Source of the DNA: Nitrososphaerota archaeon
GTDB lineage: Archaea > Thermoproteota > EX4484-205 > JAAOZP01
DNA: 64,000 nucleotides
Assembly: GCA_011605725.1 (NCBI GenBank)
Contig: JAAOZP010000004.1
Coordinates: forward strand, 96,001-160,000
Direction of reading: 5' to 3'
The notes beneath the pieces were generated by a model. It did no database searches. It saw only the letters and a list, made by a program, of their open reading frames with translations, and had not been told where the DNA came from. Shown here in pieces: positions 49,163-57,831 of this stretch. Positions within the stretch are counted from its first letter, which is position 1, and every line of letters starts with the position of its first letter. Position numbers and translations under genes: made by a program.

Positions 49163-49813
49163 CTAATAGTTTAAAACATGCTTTAGAAAGTCAACCAGCT
49201 GTTTCTCAGACCTCATGCCAACCATTTCGTGAGAATCGTTTACAACAAGCTTTGGAACACCTGTAACATTATACTTTTCAGCAAGATGTGGAAACTCAGC
49301 CGCCTCAATCATCTCCCCGGTTACCAGGTCGTTTTCGAAAGCCAGCTGATGAGCGTAGAAAACCATTGCTGGACAGTAGGGGCATGTAGGTGTTACGAAA
49401 ACTTTAATGTTAAGCGGCGCGGAAACCCCTCTGATAAACTCTCTCGTAGAATCCTTAAGCATTGTCCTCTTATTGCTAACCATCAGAATATCCTTAACAT
49501 ATGTTTCAAACTCGTATCCCGATGGTATTCCGAAAAACCTTATCCCGTAATCCTTCTCAGGAGACCTTATGATAGTGGCTGGGAAAAGCTTAATACTGTA
49601 TCTCTCAATCTCCGTCAAACTGTTTTCAGAATAGTAATGTTTCACAACAATATCCGGGTTAATGCTTGAAACCTCCTGAGCTATCTGAAGAGTTTCCCTG
49701 CAATATTTACAGTCACCCTTATCCGTGAAAACCATTATGTCCACAGGGTCCTTAAACTCCCTGCTGAATATTCCGCGAAGCGTCTCCCTGCTCTTCTCGT
49801 CTAGAATAGTCAT
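49163..49813 (-). CDS. Protein disulfide oxidoreductase (PDO, two thioredoxin folds)
   Basis: CKYC, GIPSGYEF, VTPTCPYCP, GVP. Confidence 0.93.
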   Translation of the reverse strand: MTILDEKSRETLRGIFSREFKDPVDIMVFTDKGDCKYCRETLQIAQEVSSINPDIVVKHYYSENSLTEIERYSIKLFPATIIRSPEKDYGIRFFGIPSGYEFETYVKDILMVSNKRTMLKDSTREFIRGVSAPLNIKVFVTPTCPYCPAMVFYAHQLAFENDLVTGEMIEAAEFPHLAEKYNVTGVPKLVVNDSHEMVGMRSEKQLVDFLKHVLNY

Positions 49814-49849
49814 TTTAAAAAGGACTACACATTCTGCCTATATATCTTT

Positions 49850-50995
49850 TTATCGAACATTCTCGTCGAATCTGGCTGCAGTGTCCAGCTTCTCAGCCAG
49901 AGTCTTAAGGTTCCTCACCGCGTAAAGCTTATCCTTCTCACCCATCTTAGCCTTCAACAGAGCGTCCTCAAGCATTTCTATCACACGATCCATTCTTCTC
50001 CGGTTAACCGGGTAGGGGATACCGTCCTTACCTCCGAAGGAGAACGAGAACTTAACAGGGTCCCTCCAGCTCGGAGGCGCGTCGAAGACTATTTGCGCAA
50101 CCAGTGAAAGCGCTCTCAGAGTCCCGGGTCCAATCCCCCTGATGCTTAGAAGCTCCTCGTAGCTGCCTGGTTTAAGCTCGTAGGCTTCGCTGAGCGCTTT
50201 CCAGTTGACATTCCTCTCAAGCACAACCCTGTAGGCGGGAGGCTCAGAGACACCCGGGATCCATTTCAGAATCGTTTCTGAAGAAGCCTCCCCCACTGTT
50301 CTCAAGCATCTTCTAAGCCTTTGAGGAGGCTCTTTAACAATGTCGAGGGAGGCCTGCCTGTTCTCTCTGCTCTCCCTAGCAGTCAGGTTGAGAACGTGCT
50401 CATGCTTGGAGACACCTATTATTCCTGAGTGCGGCTCCTCTATGAGGCTTGTTAAACCCTGGCTAAGCCAATGATACCTCCTAGCCCATTTTAGCCTAGT
50501 GTTCATACCCTGCTGGACGACAGCCCAGTTACCCTCTTTGTCAAACATGAAGACGTGATGGTAAAGCTGGTACCCAGCCTGTATCATTGAATTGTCAACC
50601 TTAGCGCAAATTCTTGAAAGATAGGTAAGCCTATCAGGGTCAGCATCCACCTTTCTACTTTCAACTATGTTCCCTATCTCGCTAGGCGTCCTACGGGAAA
50701 CAGCCCCCTTACCCCCGCAGGCATAAACCCCTAGATCCCTGCTGGACAGGACGGTCTTCAGAACCCCGGCGGTGACGGTTGTGGAACCAGAACTGTCCCA
50801 ATCGTACCCAAGAATATTGGAGAAGCCTTGGAACCAGAGGGGGTCTGAAACACGTCTCAAAAGTTCAAGCGTGCCGAACTCCATCACGATAGCTTCAACA
50901 ACAGCGCCTCCTAGACGAATCATTCTTGAAACCAGCCACTGGGGAGCCCTGCCGCCGTGAAGGCGAAGATCGAAGAAGCCTCTCCTAGAGGACAC
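49850..50995 (-). CDS. DUF763 family protein
   Basis: LHGGRAPQWL, DP.WFQ, DWDSSGSTT, AKVDN, VVQQGMN, GGKDG.PYPV. Confidence 0.9.
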   Translation of the reverse strand: MSSRRGFFDLRLHGGRAPQWLVSRMIRLGGAVVEAIVMEFGTLELLRRVSDPLWFQGFSNILGYDWDSSGSTTVTAGVLKTVLSSRDLGVYACGGKGAVSRRTPSEIGNIVESRKVDADPDRLTYLSRICAKVDNSMIQAGYQLYHHVFMFDKEGNWAVVQQGMNTRLKWARRYHWLSQGLTSLIEEPHSGIIGVSKHEHVLNLTARESRENRQASLDIVKEPPQRLRRCLRTVGEASSETILKWIPGVSEPPAYRVVLERNVNWKALSEAYELKPGSYEELLSIRGIGPGTLRALSLVAQIVFDAPPSWRDPVKFSFSFGGKDGIPYPVNRRRMDRVIEMLEDALLKAKMGEKDKLYAVRNLKTLAEKLDTAARFDENVR

Positions 50996-51062
50996 TCCTA
51001 AAACAGTATTCTCCCCCTGCCTAAAAACTTTTTACCCACCTTAAAGGCTTTTTAAACAAGCC

Positions 51063-51554
51063 ATGTCAAGCATGAGGCTTGAACACGTTGAGATAAGACC
51101 CCCGGAGGGAGTGCAGCTAATAATAGGCCAGTCCCACTTTATCAAGAGTGTTGAAGACCTTTACGAGGCGATTGCCTCAAGCATGCCCAGAGTCGAGTTT
51201 GGAGTCGCATTCTGCGAGTCAAGCGGACCTGCTCTCGTAAGGTACGAGGGAAACAGCGAGGAGTTGGAGAAGCTGGCTGTCGACTATGCTCTCAAGATTT
51301 CAGCGGGCCATGTTTTCATAGTTGTTTTGAGAAACGCATACCCAGTTAACGTTTTAAACAGGATTAAAAACGTTGAGGAGGTTGCTACTGTTTTCTGCGC
51401 CACGGGAAACCCGGTTGACGTCGTCATAGCTGAAACACCGCTTGGAAGAGGCGTGCTCGGGGTGGTTGACGGTATTAAGACGAAGGGTGTTGAGAAAGAG
51501 GAGGATAAGAAGCATAGGCGAGAGTTCCTTAGGAGAATAGGCTATAAGAAGTGA
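51063..51554 (+). CDS. Adenosine-specific kinase/AMP-binding family (DUF355)
   Basis: GQSHFIKSVEDL, AFCESSG, AGH, CATGNP, GRGVLGVVDG. Confidence 0.9.
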   Translation: MSSMRLEHVEIRPPEGVQLIIGQSHFIKSVEDLYEAIASSMPRVEFGVAFCESSGPALVRYEGNSEELEKLAVDYALKISAGHVFIVVLRNAYPVNVLNRIKNVEEVATVFCATGNPVDVVIAETPLGRGVLGVVDGIKTKGVEKEEDKKHRREFLRRIGYKK

Positions 51555-51560
51555 GGAATA

Positions 51561-52541
51561 ATGAAGTATGTTATAGGTATTGATGGTGGAGGAACTAAGA
51601 CTCAGGCGGCGCTTCTGAAGCTTAACGGGGAAATAGCTTCCCACGATGAAACAGGGCCCTCTAACTATCATAATGTTGGAGTGGAGCAGGCTAGAAGAAC
51701 ACTTGAAGAAGCCTGTGTGAAAGTGATTAGGAAAGCAGGTGTGGACGTGGGAAGCGTCGGGATCATCGTAGCATCACTCGCAGGGCTTGACTGCAGCCTA
51801 GATTTTAAAGCTATGCAGAACGCTTTAGAAGGGTTTCCCATAGGTAGCATAACACTCGTGCACGATTCTATGGCTGCGCTTTACGCTACCAACGCAGGCA
51901 GGGAGAGCGCAATAATAATAGCTGGAACAGGCTCTGCTACAGCCGGCATAAACAGCCGGGGAGAGTATGCTAGAGCTGGCGGATGGGGGTATATTCTTGG
52001 AGACGAGGGAAGCGGCTTCTACCTGGCTAAAAGGGGAATCGTAGCAGCACTCCTAGAATACGAGGAGAGAGGACCGAAGACCATGATAACAAGCCTCCTG
52101 CTGAAAAGGTTCAACGCTAAGACTCCTGACGAAATAATATGGCACGTGTACACGGGTGGGATGAACATTACGGAGTTCGCCAGACTGGCTCCACTCGTGA
52201 CCGAGGCCGCTATGAAAGGGGATGATGTTGCCATAAGCATTCTGCGGGATGCTGGGAGAGAGCTTGCGAACACTGTCAACGGGGTGATCAGGAGGCTTAA
52301 AATGGAGGGTGACGAGTTTCCAATAGGATTGATCGGCGGGGTCTTTAAAGCCGGCAGGCTTGTAACCGGGCCCCTGGAGGAGGCTGTGCACAAGGTTGCT
52401 CCGAAAGCCTACTTAACATATCCCAGGTTCCCGCCGGTAATAGGCTCATCCCTGATAGCGCTGGAGAAAGCAGGCGTGAAAATAAGCGACGAGATCCTTG
52501 CCAATACGCAGAGGACGTTGAGAGAGCAAGGCTTACAATAG
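51561..52541 (+). CDS. BadF-type N-acetylglucosamine/amino-sugar kinase
   Basis: GIDGGGTKT, IAGTGS, RAGGWGYILGDEGSG, GGVF. Confidence 0.88.
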   Translation: MKYVIGIDGGGTKTQAALLKLNGEIASHDETGPSNYHNVGVEQARRTLEEACVKVIRKAGVDVGSVGIIVASLAGLDCSLDFKAMQNALEGFPIGSITLVHDSMAALYATNAGRESAIIIAGTGSATAGINSRGEYARAGGWGYILGDEGSGFYLAKRGIVAALLEYEERGPKTMITSLLLKRFNAKTPDEIIWHVYTGGMNITEFARLAPLVTEAAMKGDDVAISILRDAGRELANTVNGVIRRLKMEGDEFPIGLIGGVFKAGRLVTGPLEEAVHKVAPKAYLTYPRFPPVIGSSLIALEKAGVKISDEILANTQRTLREQGLQ

Positions 52542-52589
52542 CGCGCTAATAAGCTGCTGTTTCGAATTCCTGATACTAGAGTGCAGCTG

Positions 52590-53471
52590 TCACACTTCTT
52601 TAAGCTTAATCTTAGCCAGGCTGGTCAGAATGTCGAACAGCGCATCGCTTATCTCGCTTACCGTCTGACACTCGAGAATATACACGTCATAGGTCTTATA
52701 GTAGTCGAAGAGAGTCCTCGCCCTGTCTGAAAGGCTTGGAACAACGAGCAGCAGCTTCTTATCAGCCTTAACATCCATAGCTTTAAGAACTATTGAGAGG
52801 GCAGACTCGTCAACAGGCTTACTGCTCACAATAATGTCTATCACCGCGTCAACAGTCTCCGACTCCTCCCTGTAGGAGACCGCTAAAGTAAAAACGTGTT
52901 CAACGCCAGACTTGCCGATTATTCTAGCAGGATAGTCAACCCTCCAGCCTTTTGCCCTAAGAGCCTCAACGAGAGGCTTAAGATCCATAACCCATTTCTC
53001 AAGCAGGCTCCTCTTGTTCTCGTTAAGCCTGTAGGAATATATTTTCTTCGGCACCCCTTCACCCTCATGGAAAGCATGCTTCTCAGCAACACAGATAAGC
53101 CTCCTGCCCAGCAGACTGCTCACGAGGCTTTCAATCACCTTAGACCTTGCCTCGGCTGAAGCTGGCTGTCCACCAGAGATCTCTATGAGGAACCTTGTGT
53201 CGCCACACTCGGGGCAGGCCAACACAGTCATAGACTCCTCTCTAACCAGTATTTCCTCCTCAGCCAGGGATTCAAGAGTCTCTACAATATTCTTAGTGGA
53301 GGAACCCATTATTTTTTCAGCATCAGGGTATGTGAACTCCCCAGCCTGGTTCAGCTCAGGCTTAAGATCGGCGAGGGCACCATCAATAAAAGCCTTAAGC
53401 AACACTTGAACATCGCTCCTATTGAGGAGTGGTGAGAACCGTCCCTCCTCGCTGGACTTTTCTTCACTCAT
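52590..53471 (-). CDS. TackOD1-like domain + restriction-endonuclease-like C-terminal domain
   Basis: L.P.....GF.YP, LESL...IL.R, CPECG, YSY.LN; then GKSGVEH.F. Confidence 0.6.
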   Translation of the reverse strand: MSEEKSSEEGRFSPLLNRSDVQVLLKAFIDGALADLKPELNQAGEFTYPDAEKIMGSSTKNIVETLESLAEEEILVREESMTVLACPECGDTRFLIEISGGQPASAEARSKVIESLVSSLLGRRLICVAEKHAFHEGEGVPKKIYSYRLNENKRSLLEKWVMDLKPLVEALRAKGWRVDYPARIIGKSGVEHVFTLAVSYREESETVDAVIDIIVSSKPVDESALSIVLKAMDVKADKKLLLVVPSLSDRARTLFDYYKTYDVYILECQTVSEISDALFDILTSLAKIKLKEV

Positions 53472-53635
53472 GCCACGGTCTTCCTCTTCTTAAATACCTT
53501 TTTAAACAGGATAATTAAATTTTGCTATGAAGAAACATTTGGAAAAAGCCTTTTTAAGCTTGTTTTCGAGTTTAGCTCGGATTCGGCCGGAATTTGACTA
53601 AAAAGATATATTCTTAACATGCGGATGAAGCACGT

Positions 53636-54214
53636 ATGAGAGTAAAGGCTTCTAAGAAAGCCATAAGAGCATTAGGAGTGGCTGAAAGCTTCCGAAAGGA
53701 CTCGGCTAAGGCTCTACTAGCCGGAGTAGTCATGCGCAGCGACTTTATAATAGACGGTTTCGCCCTAAGCCGTACAACGATATCGGGTGATGACGCTACC
53801 GACTCAGTCATAGCTCTCTACAGTTCGCTGAACAGGAAGGACATTAACCTGATAATGATCGGGGGGACAGTCATAAGCATGTACAACATTGTTGACGTCA
53901 ACAGGGTTTTTGAGGAAACTGGGAGACCGGTTATAGCAGTAACCTACAGACCATCAGAGGGAATTGAAGACGCTATTAAGAAGCATTTCCCAAACAACTG
54001 GGAGAGAAAGCTTGAAGCCTACAGGAAGCTTGGCCCCAGGAGGGAGGTGACTTTGAAAAACGGCTTTAAAGTCTTCGTTAGAAACATTGGTATAGACGAT
54101 TATGATTCAAAACATGTTTTAAACAGGTTCACGTTCTTCGGGAGAATTCCTGAGCCGATTCGTGTTGCAAGGCTTCTGGCGAGAAGCCTTTTACCCTTGG
54201 AGACAAGACCTTAG
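53636..54214 (+). CDS. DUF99 / EndoV-like nuclease family
   Basis: LGVAESF, G.DATD, YNIVD, PEPIRVA. Confidence 0.85.
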   Translation: MRVKASKKAIRALGVAESFRKDSAKALLAGVVMRSDFIIDGFALSRTTISGDDATDSVIALYSSLNRKDINLIMIGGTVISMYNIVDVNRVFEETGRPVIAVTYRPSEGIEDAIKKHFPNNWERKLEAYRKLGPRREVTLKNGFKVFVRNIGIDDYDSKHVLNRFTFFGRIPEPIRVARLLARSLLPLETRP

Positions 54215-54285
54215 CATTCGCGTTGAAAAAGCTTTAAACACAGGTTTTCCAAGTCTCATAGCAGGGAGCAAAAAATATAAAACAG

Positions 54286-54633
54286 GTGTTTCTCAAAGCA
54301 ACCCTGATGATTGAAGCAGGGGCTCTCCGCGGAATAGTTGAGGGACCCAGGCTTGGAATGAAGAGCGTGAAGAAACACCAGTATCTAGCAAGGTTTGATG
54401 GGGTCACTGACAGGCGGGAGGCGGCTAGGCTCCTCTTAGGAAGAAAAGTAGTGTGTCAAGCTGGAAAAAGCAGGGTCTTCGGCAGGATTACTGGTCTACA
54501 CGGCAGAAGAGGGACGGTTAGAGTAAGGTTTAGAAAAGGGCTTCCTGAGCCTTCGAACGGTCTGCCCCTTATCCTAGTGGAGCCTAAACGCCGGCGTGAA
54601 ACCCAAGGATCCGGAGAGCCTGAAAAAAAGTAG
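54286..54633 (+). CDS. rpl35ae: 50S ribosomal protein L35Ae (eL33)
   Basis: GRITGLHGRRGTVRVRFRKGLP. Confidence 0.85.
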   Translation: MFLKATLMIEAGALRGIVEGPRLGMKSVKKHQYLARFDGVTDRREAARLLLGRKVVCQAGKSRVFGRITGLHGRRGTVRVRFRKGLPEPSNGLPLILVEPKRRRETQGSGEPEKK

Positions 54634-54682
54634 GGCTTCAAACGGGGCTGAATATTTTTCCAAGCATGCGGGAAACTTAGGC

Positions 54683-55351
54683 TTATGAAACTCTTCTTAA
54701 CGGGACTGTTAGGCTTAGCAAGCCGTTTACCGCGGAAACGTAGAACTCTGGGTCAACCTCTGAGACAAGGTCTCCTGCAACATCAATAACGTAAACCGTG
54801 TGAAGCCTGGAGTTCTTTATCTCCTCAAGACTGACTGGCGGATTCTTATAGTAAAGGTCGCAAAGGCTCTTTACCTCATGGATTTCCCCGCTCCCCCTAA
54901 ACCTCGGAGGCTTTGCGAGACACAGGGGTATTTGAAGAACGTAGTAGGGAGGGACCCCTAGGCCAAACTTGTCGACTAGAACACTGTACCTGGTTATTTT
55001 GCTGGCAACCCTAGCCCTGCAGTAGAGCTCAGGGTCTAAAGCGTTTTCAGGAGGCACGTATCCTGTTTCAACCTCAACAGCCAGAGTCCCGTCGCCCCTG
55101 GCAGCGTAAACATCGCAGACAAGCCCTCCTCCAAGGTCGTGTTCAACATCCACATCGTAGCCTTTCAGCATAAGGTGTTTAGCGCAGACAAGCTCCATCA
55201 CGGAATGGTTTATCTTGACAAGCCCCTTCCTGCTGAGCTCGACAAGCTTGTTCTTCAGGCTTTCAAGCCCATACTTAACATCCTGGTTTACGTTCCTCCC
55301 AATCCTGCTGATAAGGGTTTCAACGTCTTCTTCAAACTTGTTTCCAGGCAA
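54683..55351 (-). CDS. Conserved hypothetical protein, PD-(D/E)XK-like
   Basis: KINHSVMEL, CDVYA, VEVETG.VPP, ASKI.RYS. Confidence 0.7.
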   Translation of the reverse strand: MPGNKFEEDVETLISRIGRNVNQDVKYGLESLKNKLVELSRKGLVKINHSVMELVCAKHLMLKGYDVDVEHDLGGGLVCDVYAARGDGTLAVEVETGYVPPENALDPELYCRARVASKITRYSVLVDKFGLGVPPYYVLQIPLCLAKPPRFRGSGEIHEVKSLCDLYYKNPPVSLEEIKNSRLHTVYVIDVAGDLVSEVDPEFYVSAVNGLLSLTVPLRRVS

Positions 55352-55441
55352 CTTCTTTTAAACCTGTTTTCAACGGCTTTTAAAAATATTCAGCGCGAAA
55401 ATCAAGATTTTTAGAGCAGTAACTACAGAAGAACTTGCGAA

Positions 55442-55452
55442 ACCCTTTTCAA
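55442..55452 (+). promoter_or_regulatory. BRE/TATA-like promoter for the hairpin RNA
   Basis: gaaacccttttcaa about 25-30 nt upstream of the hairpin 5' end. Confidence 0.45.
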
Positions 55453-55474
55453 TTTTCGAGAAACCATATGTTTT

Positions 55475-55645
55475 AAGCCCGGCGCGGGAAGTAGGCTTGG
55501 GCGGGAAACGGCTGCAAAAGCCGGTTCCAGCAGCAGCCCCACCGGTTGCTGGGAGACAACATCAAACAGCAGCTTGGTGGAAGACTGCAGCTGGGAAAGG
55601 TGGAGCAGCCGTAGCTCGTTCAGGCTTAGACCCGGAGCCGGGCTT
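55475..55645 (+). ncRNA. Unassigned rod-shaped structured RNA (~170 nt)
   Basis: Nested helices: 55475-83/55637-45, 55485-88/55631-34, 55492-505/55615-28, 55508-15/55605-12, 55525-31/55590-96, 55533-36/55585-88, 55539-51/55567-80; many G-U pairs on the + strand. Confidence 0.75.
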
Positions 55646-55652
55646 CTTTTTT
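55644..55652 (+). terminator. Oligo-T terminator
   Basis: ttctttttt immediately after the closing stem. Confidence 0.55.
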
Positions 55653-55665
55653 ATGCGGGAACGTT

Positions 55666-55706
55666 TTAAAAAGGCGATATTCCCTTAGGCAGACTAATCA
55701 TCTCGT
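55666..55706 (-). pseudogene. Relic duplicate of the flxA 3' end
   Basis: Encodes EMISLPKGISPF*, versus EMLELPRGISPF* at 56007-56045. Confidence 0.75.
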
Positions 55707-55711
55707 CGCGC

Positions 55712-55930
55712 GCTAGGAGGGTTAGCGAAAAACATAGCTTAGAAGTCGAGTTCAGAATAGATACTGAATCGGGTTTCTTCATAACCTTCGACTCAACCGG
55801 GATGGGCGACGAGCAGTTAATCAACAAGGTCATGAAAAGAATTGATGCAATCGCTGAGGCAAGAAGGATGTTTCTAAGCGAGTGGATGATGAACAGGTTC
55901 CTAAAGGGTAAAGGAATAGAGGTTAAGTAA
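55712..55930 (+). pseudogene. 5'-truncated homolog of the putative immunity gene at 14351-15145
   Basis: ARRVSEKHSLEVEFRIDTESGFFITFDSTGMGDEQLINKVMKRIDAIAEARR aligns with AERISGKYGFEVKHYLKPHEDWDFFYSAFNSSGMSEDKLLEEIKKRADAVREAQR; no start codon for the homologous part. Confidence 0.75.
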
Positions 55931-56006
55931 GAAGCGCGAAGCTCCGCTAAAAAACAAATCCTAGCCACAGGTTTCCGTCGGGAATACTGAGAGACCATGC
56001 GCTTTA

Positions 56007-56828
56007 TCAGAATGGAGAGATGCCTCTGGGCAGTTCCAACATTTCGCTATATTTGAAAACCGGACCGTCTAGACAGATGTGCTTCCTTCCGAAGTGGCAG
56101 TGTCCACATTTACCCACTCCACACTTCATTTTGCTCTCTAGAGAGGCGTAAATATTCTCCTTAGAGTATCCTAGTTCAACGAGTTTTTTCAAGACGAACC
56201 GTATCATCACCGGCGGACCGCATGTGCAGACTACCGTATCAGCCCTATTAAGCTTAGGCTTATCTAGGATTGTTGTCACAACGCCGACGTTACCTTTCCA
56301 GTCTCCCTCGCCCACGTCGACGGTTAGATGGAGGTCAACCCCACGCCTAATCCATTCTTCAAACTCGTCTCTATACATGAGGAGCGATGGAGACCTAGCT
56401 CCGTAGCAAACAGCGATCTCCCCATAATTATTCTTGTTTTCAAGAAGGTGGAGGATTAACGACCTAAGAGGCGCGAGCCCTATGCCTCCTCCTACCAATA
56501 GGATGCTCCTCCCCTCCATCTCTTTAACCGGCCAACCTCTCCCGTAGGGGCCCCTTACACCAATTTCCTCACCCTCCGAAGCCTCGTGTATAGCGCTTGT
56601 AACACTGCCCATCCTCCTGATGCTGAACTGTAAACGATCCTTGTCGAAAGGAGACGAGCATATGGAGAACGGGGCTTCGCCAACCCCGTAGACGGTGAGC
56701 ATTGCGAACTGGCCTGGCGCAAAGCTTTCGAAAAGGTTTGGGCTCAGCGTAAACGTTTTAGTATCGGGAGTCTCATCTTTAATCCTGATTATCCTAACAG
56801 GCTTAGGAGCATACGGGTTTAACCCCAT
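56007..56828 (-). CDS. flxA: FAD/NAD-binding oxidoreductase (FlxA/AsrB/HydG family)
   Basis: PGQF, GEAPFS, RGPYGRG, GGGIGLAP, CGPP.M, MKCGVGKCGHC, CLDGPVF. Confidence 0.88.
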   Translation of the reverse strand: MGLNPYAPKPVRIIRIKDETPDTKTFTLSPNLFESFAPGQFAMLTVYGVGEAPFSICSSPFDKDRLQFSIRRMGSVTSAIHEASEGEEIGVRGPYGRGWPVKEMEGRSILLVGGGIGLAPLRSLILHLLENKNNYGEIAVCYGARSPSLLMYRDEFEEWIRRGVDLHLTVDVGEGDWKGNVGVVTTILDKPKLNRADTVVCTCGPPVMIRFVLKKLVELGYSKENIYASLESKMKCGVGKCGHCHFGRKHICLDGPVFKYSEMLELPRGISPF

Positions 56829-57826
56829 CGTTTTAAAACCTCCCTTATGTCTACGCCGGCTGGGCAGAGAGAGACGCATCTACCGCACCCGACGCAGCCG
56901 TAAGCGTTGAAAGCCATCGGAATCCTGCTGAGCTTATGGCAGAACCTGTGGCAAAACCTGTCGACCTTACTCGGCCTAGGGTCTAGGCCGCTCGCCATTC
57001 TTGTGAAAACTGGTGAGGCGCAAGTGTCCCACCCTTTCGCCCTCACGTAAACATTCTTCTCCAGATGATCCTCAGTGTCGAAACAGTAGCAGACTGGGCA
57101 GGCGAAAGAGCAGAGGCTGCACTCCACGCATTTCTGAGCCTCATTCTGGAAAAACTTTTCGTCAAGCGTTTCCTCAAGCCTAACCAAGCGTTCCCTCGCT
57201 ATTTCAATCCTGCTGCTCATCTCCTTCGTCAACCTGCGAGACAGTTCCTCATACTTCTCCAAATGTTGAGCACCAGCTTCTTCAAAGAGGCTTGCGAAAC
57301 CGTCTATGAGAATTTGACCCCTCCCGCTTCTAACCTCCACCAGAAGCCCCCCTGTTATCCGCGTAAGAGTAATGTCTTCACCCGAGCCTCTTACGGGACC
57401 TGTTTCGAAAACATTGCAGAAACATTCCTCCCTAGGCTTGGCGCATGAGAGGCTTATAACGGTAATGCTTCTCCTCCTGGACTCGTAAAGAGGATCCGGG
57501 TTCGGAGGCTTTAGCAGAATATTATCCAATACGCTTAGGGCTGACGCGTCGCAAGGCCTAACACCCAAGAGAACAGCTTCTGAGCCCAATGCAGGCTCGT
57601 GCAGAACCCCTGTCTTAGGATCATGCTTGAAAACTATCTCACGCTGAGGGAGGAAGAAACGTTTTGGAGGAAGCCTAGTGTTAGAATAGTCTAGAAAGGC
57701 TTCTCCAGCATGCTTAATAGTTTTAAAGTCGAAGTAGCCGTTCGCCTCAACGGGTGCAATAACGTTTCTGCTTGAAACAAGCCCGTTCAAGAGACGTTTG
57801 AAGCCGTCTTCACTTAGAAACAGCAT
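56819..57826 (-). CDS. flxB: Fe-S protein (FlxB/AsrA/HydB family)
   Basis: GVRPCD, ECFC, CVECSLC..CPVCYCF, CVGCGRC..CP. Confidence 0.85.
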   Translation of the reverse strand: MLFLSEDGFKRLLNGLVSSRNVIAPVEANGYFDFKTIKHAGEAFLDYSNTRLPPKRFFLPQREIVFKHDPKTGVLHEPALGSEAVLLGVRPCDASALSVLDNILLKPPNPDPLYESRRRSITVISLSCAKPREECFCNVFETGPVRGSGEDITLTRITGGLLVEVRSGRGQILIDGFASLFEEAGAQHLEKYEELSRRLTKEMSSRIEIARERLVRLEETLDEKFFQNEAQKCVECSLCSFACPVCYCFDTEDHLEKNVYVRAKGWDTCASPVFTRMASGLDPRPSKVDRFCHRFCHKLSRIPMAFNAYGCVGCGRCVSLCPAGVDIREVLKRWG

Positions 57827-57831
57827 GCGGC

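Noticed and set aside
55475-55645. Hairpin as SRP RNA or RNase P RNA (contains GGAGCAGCC and GGCTTA)
   Set aside because: No CAGG-GNRA-AGCA helix 8, Alu domain or ~300-nt length for SRP; no GAGGAAAGUCC/ACAGAA P4 elements for RNase P.
55497-55688. 63-aa ORF across the hairpin
   Set aside because: Low-complexity translation of structured GC-rich RNA that runs through the U-tract.
55666-55998. 110-aa minus-strand ORF as a real gene
   Set aside because: It is a chimera: antisense to the immunity-like fragment plus the relic flxA tail.
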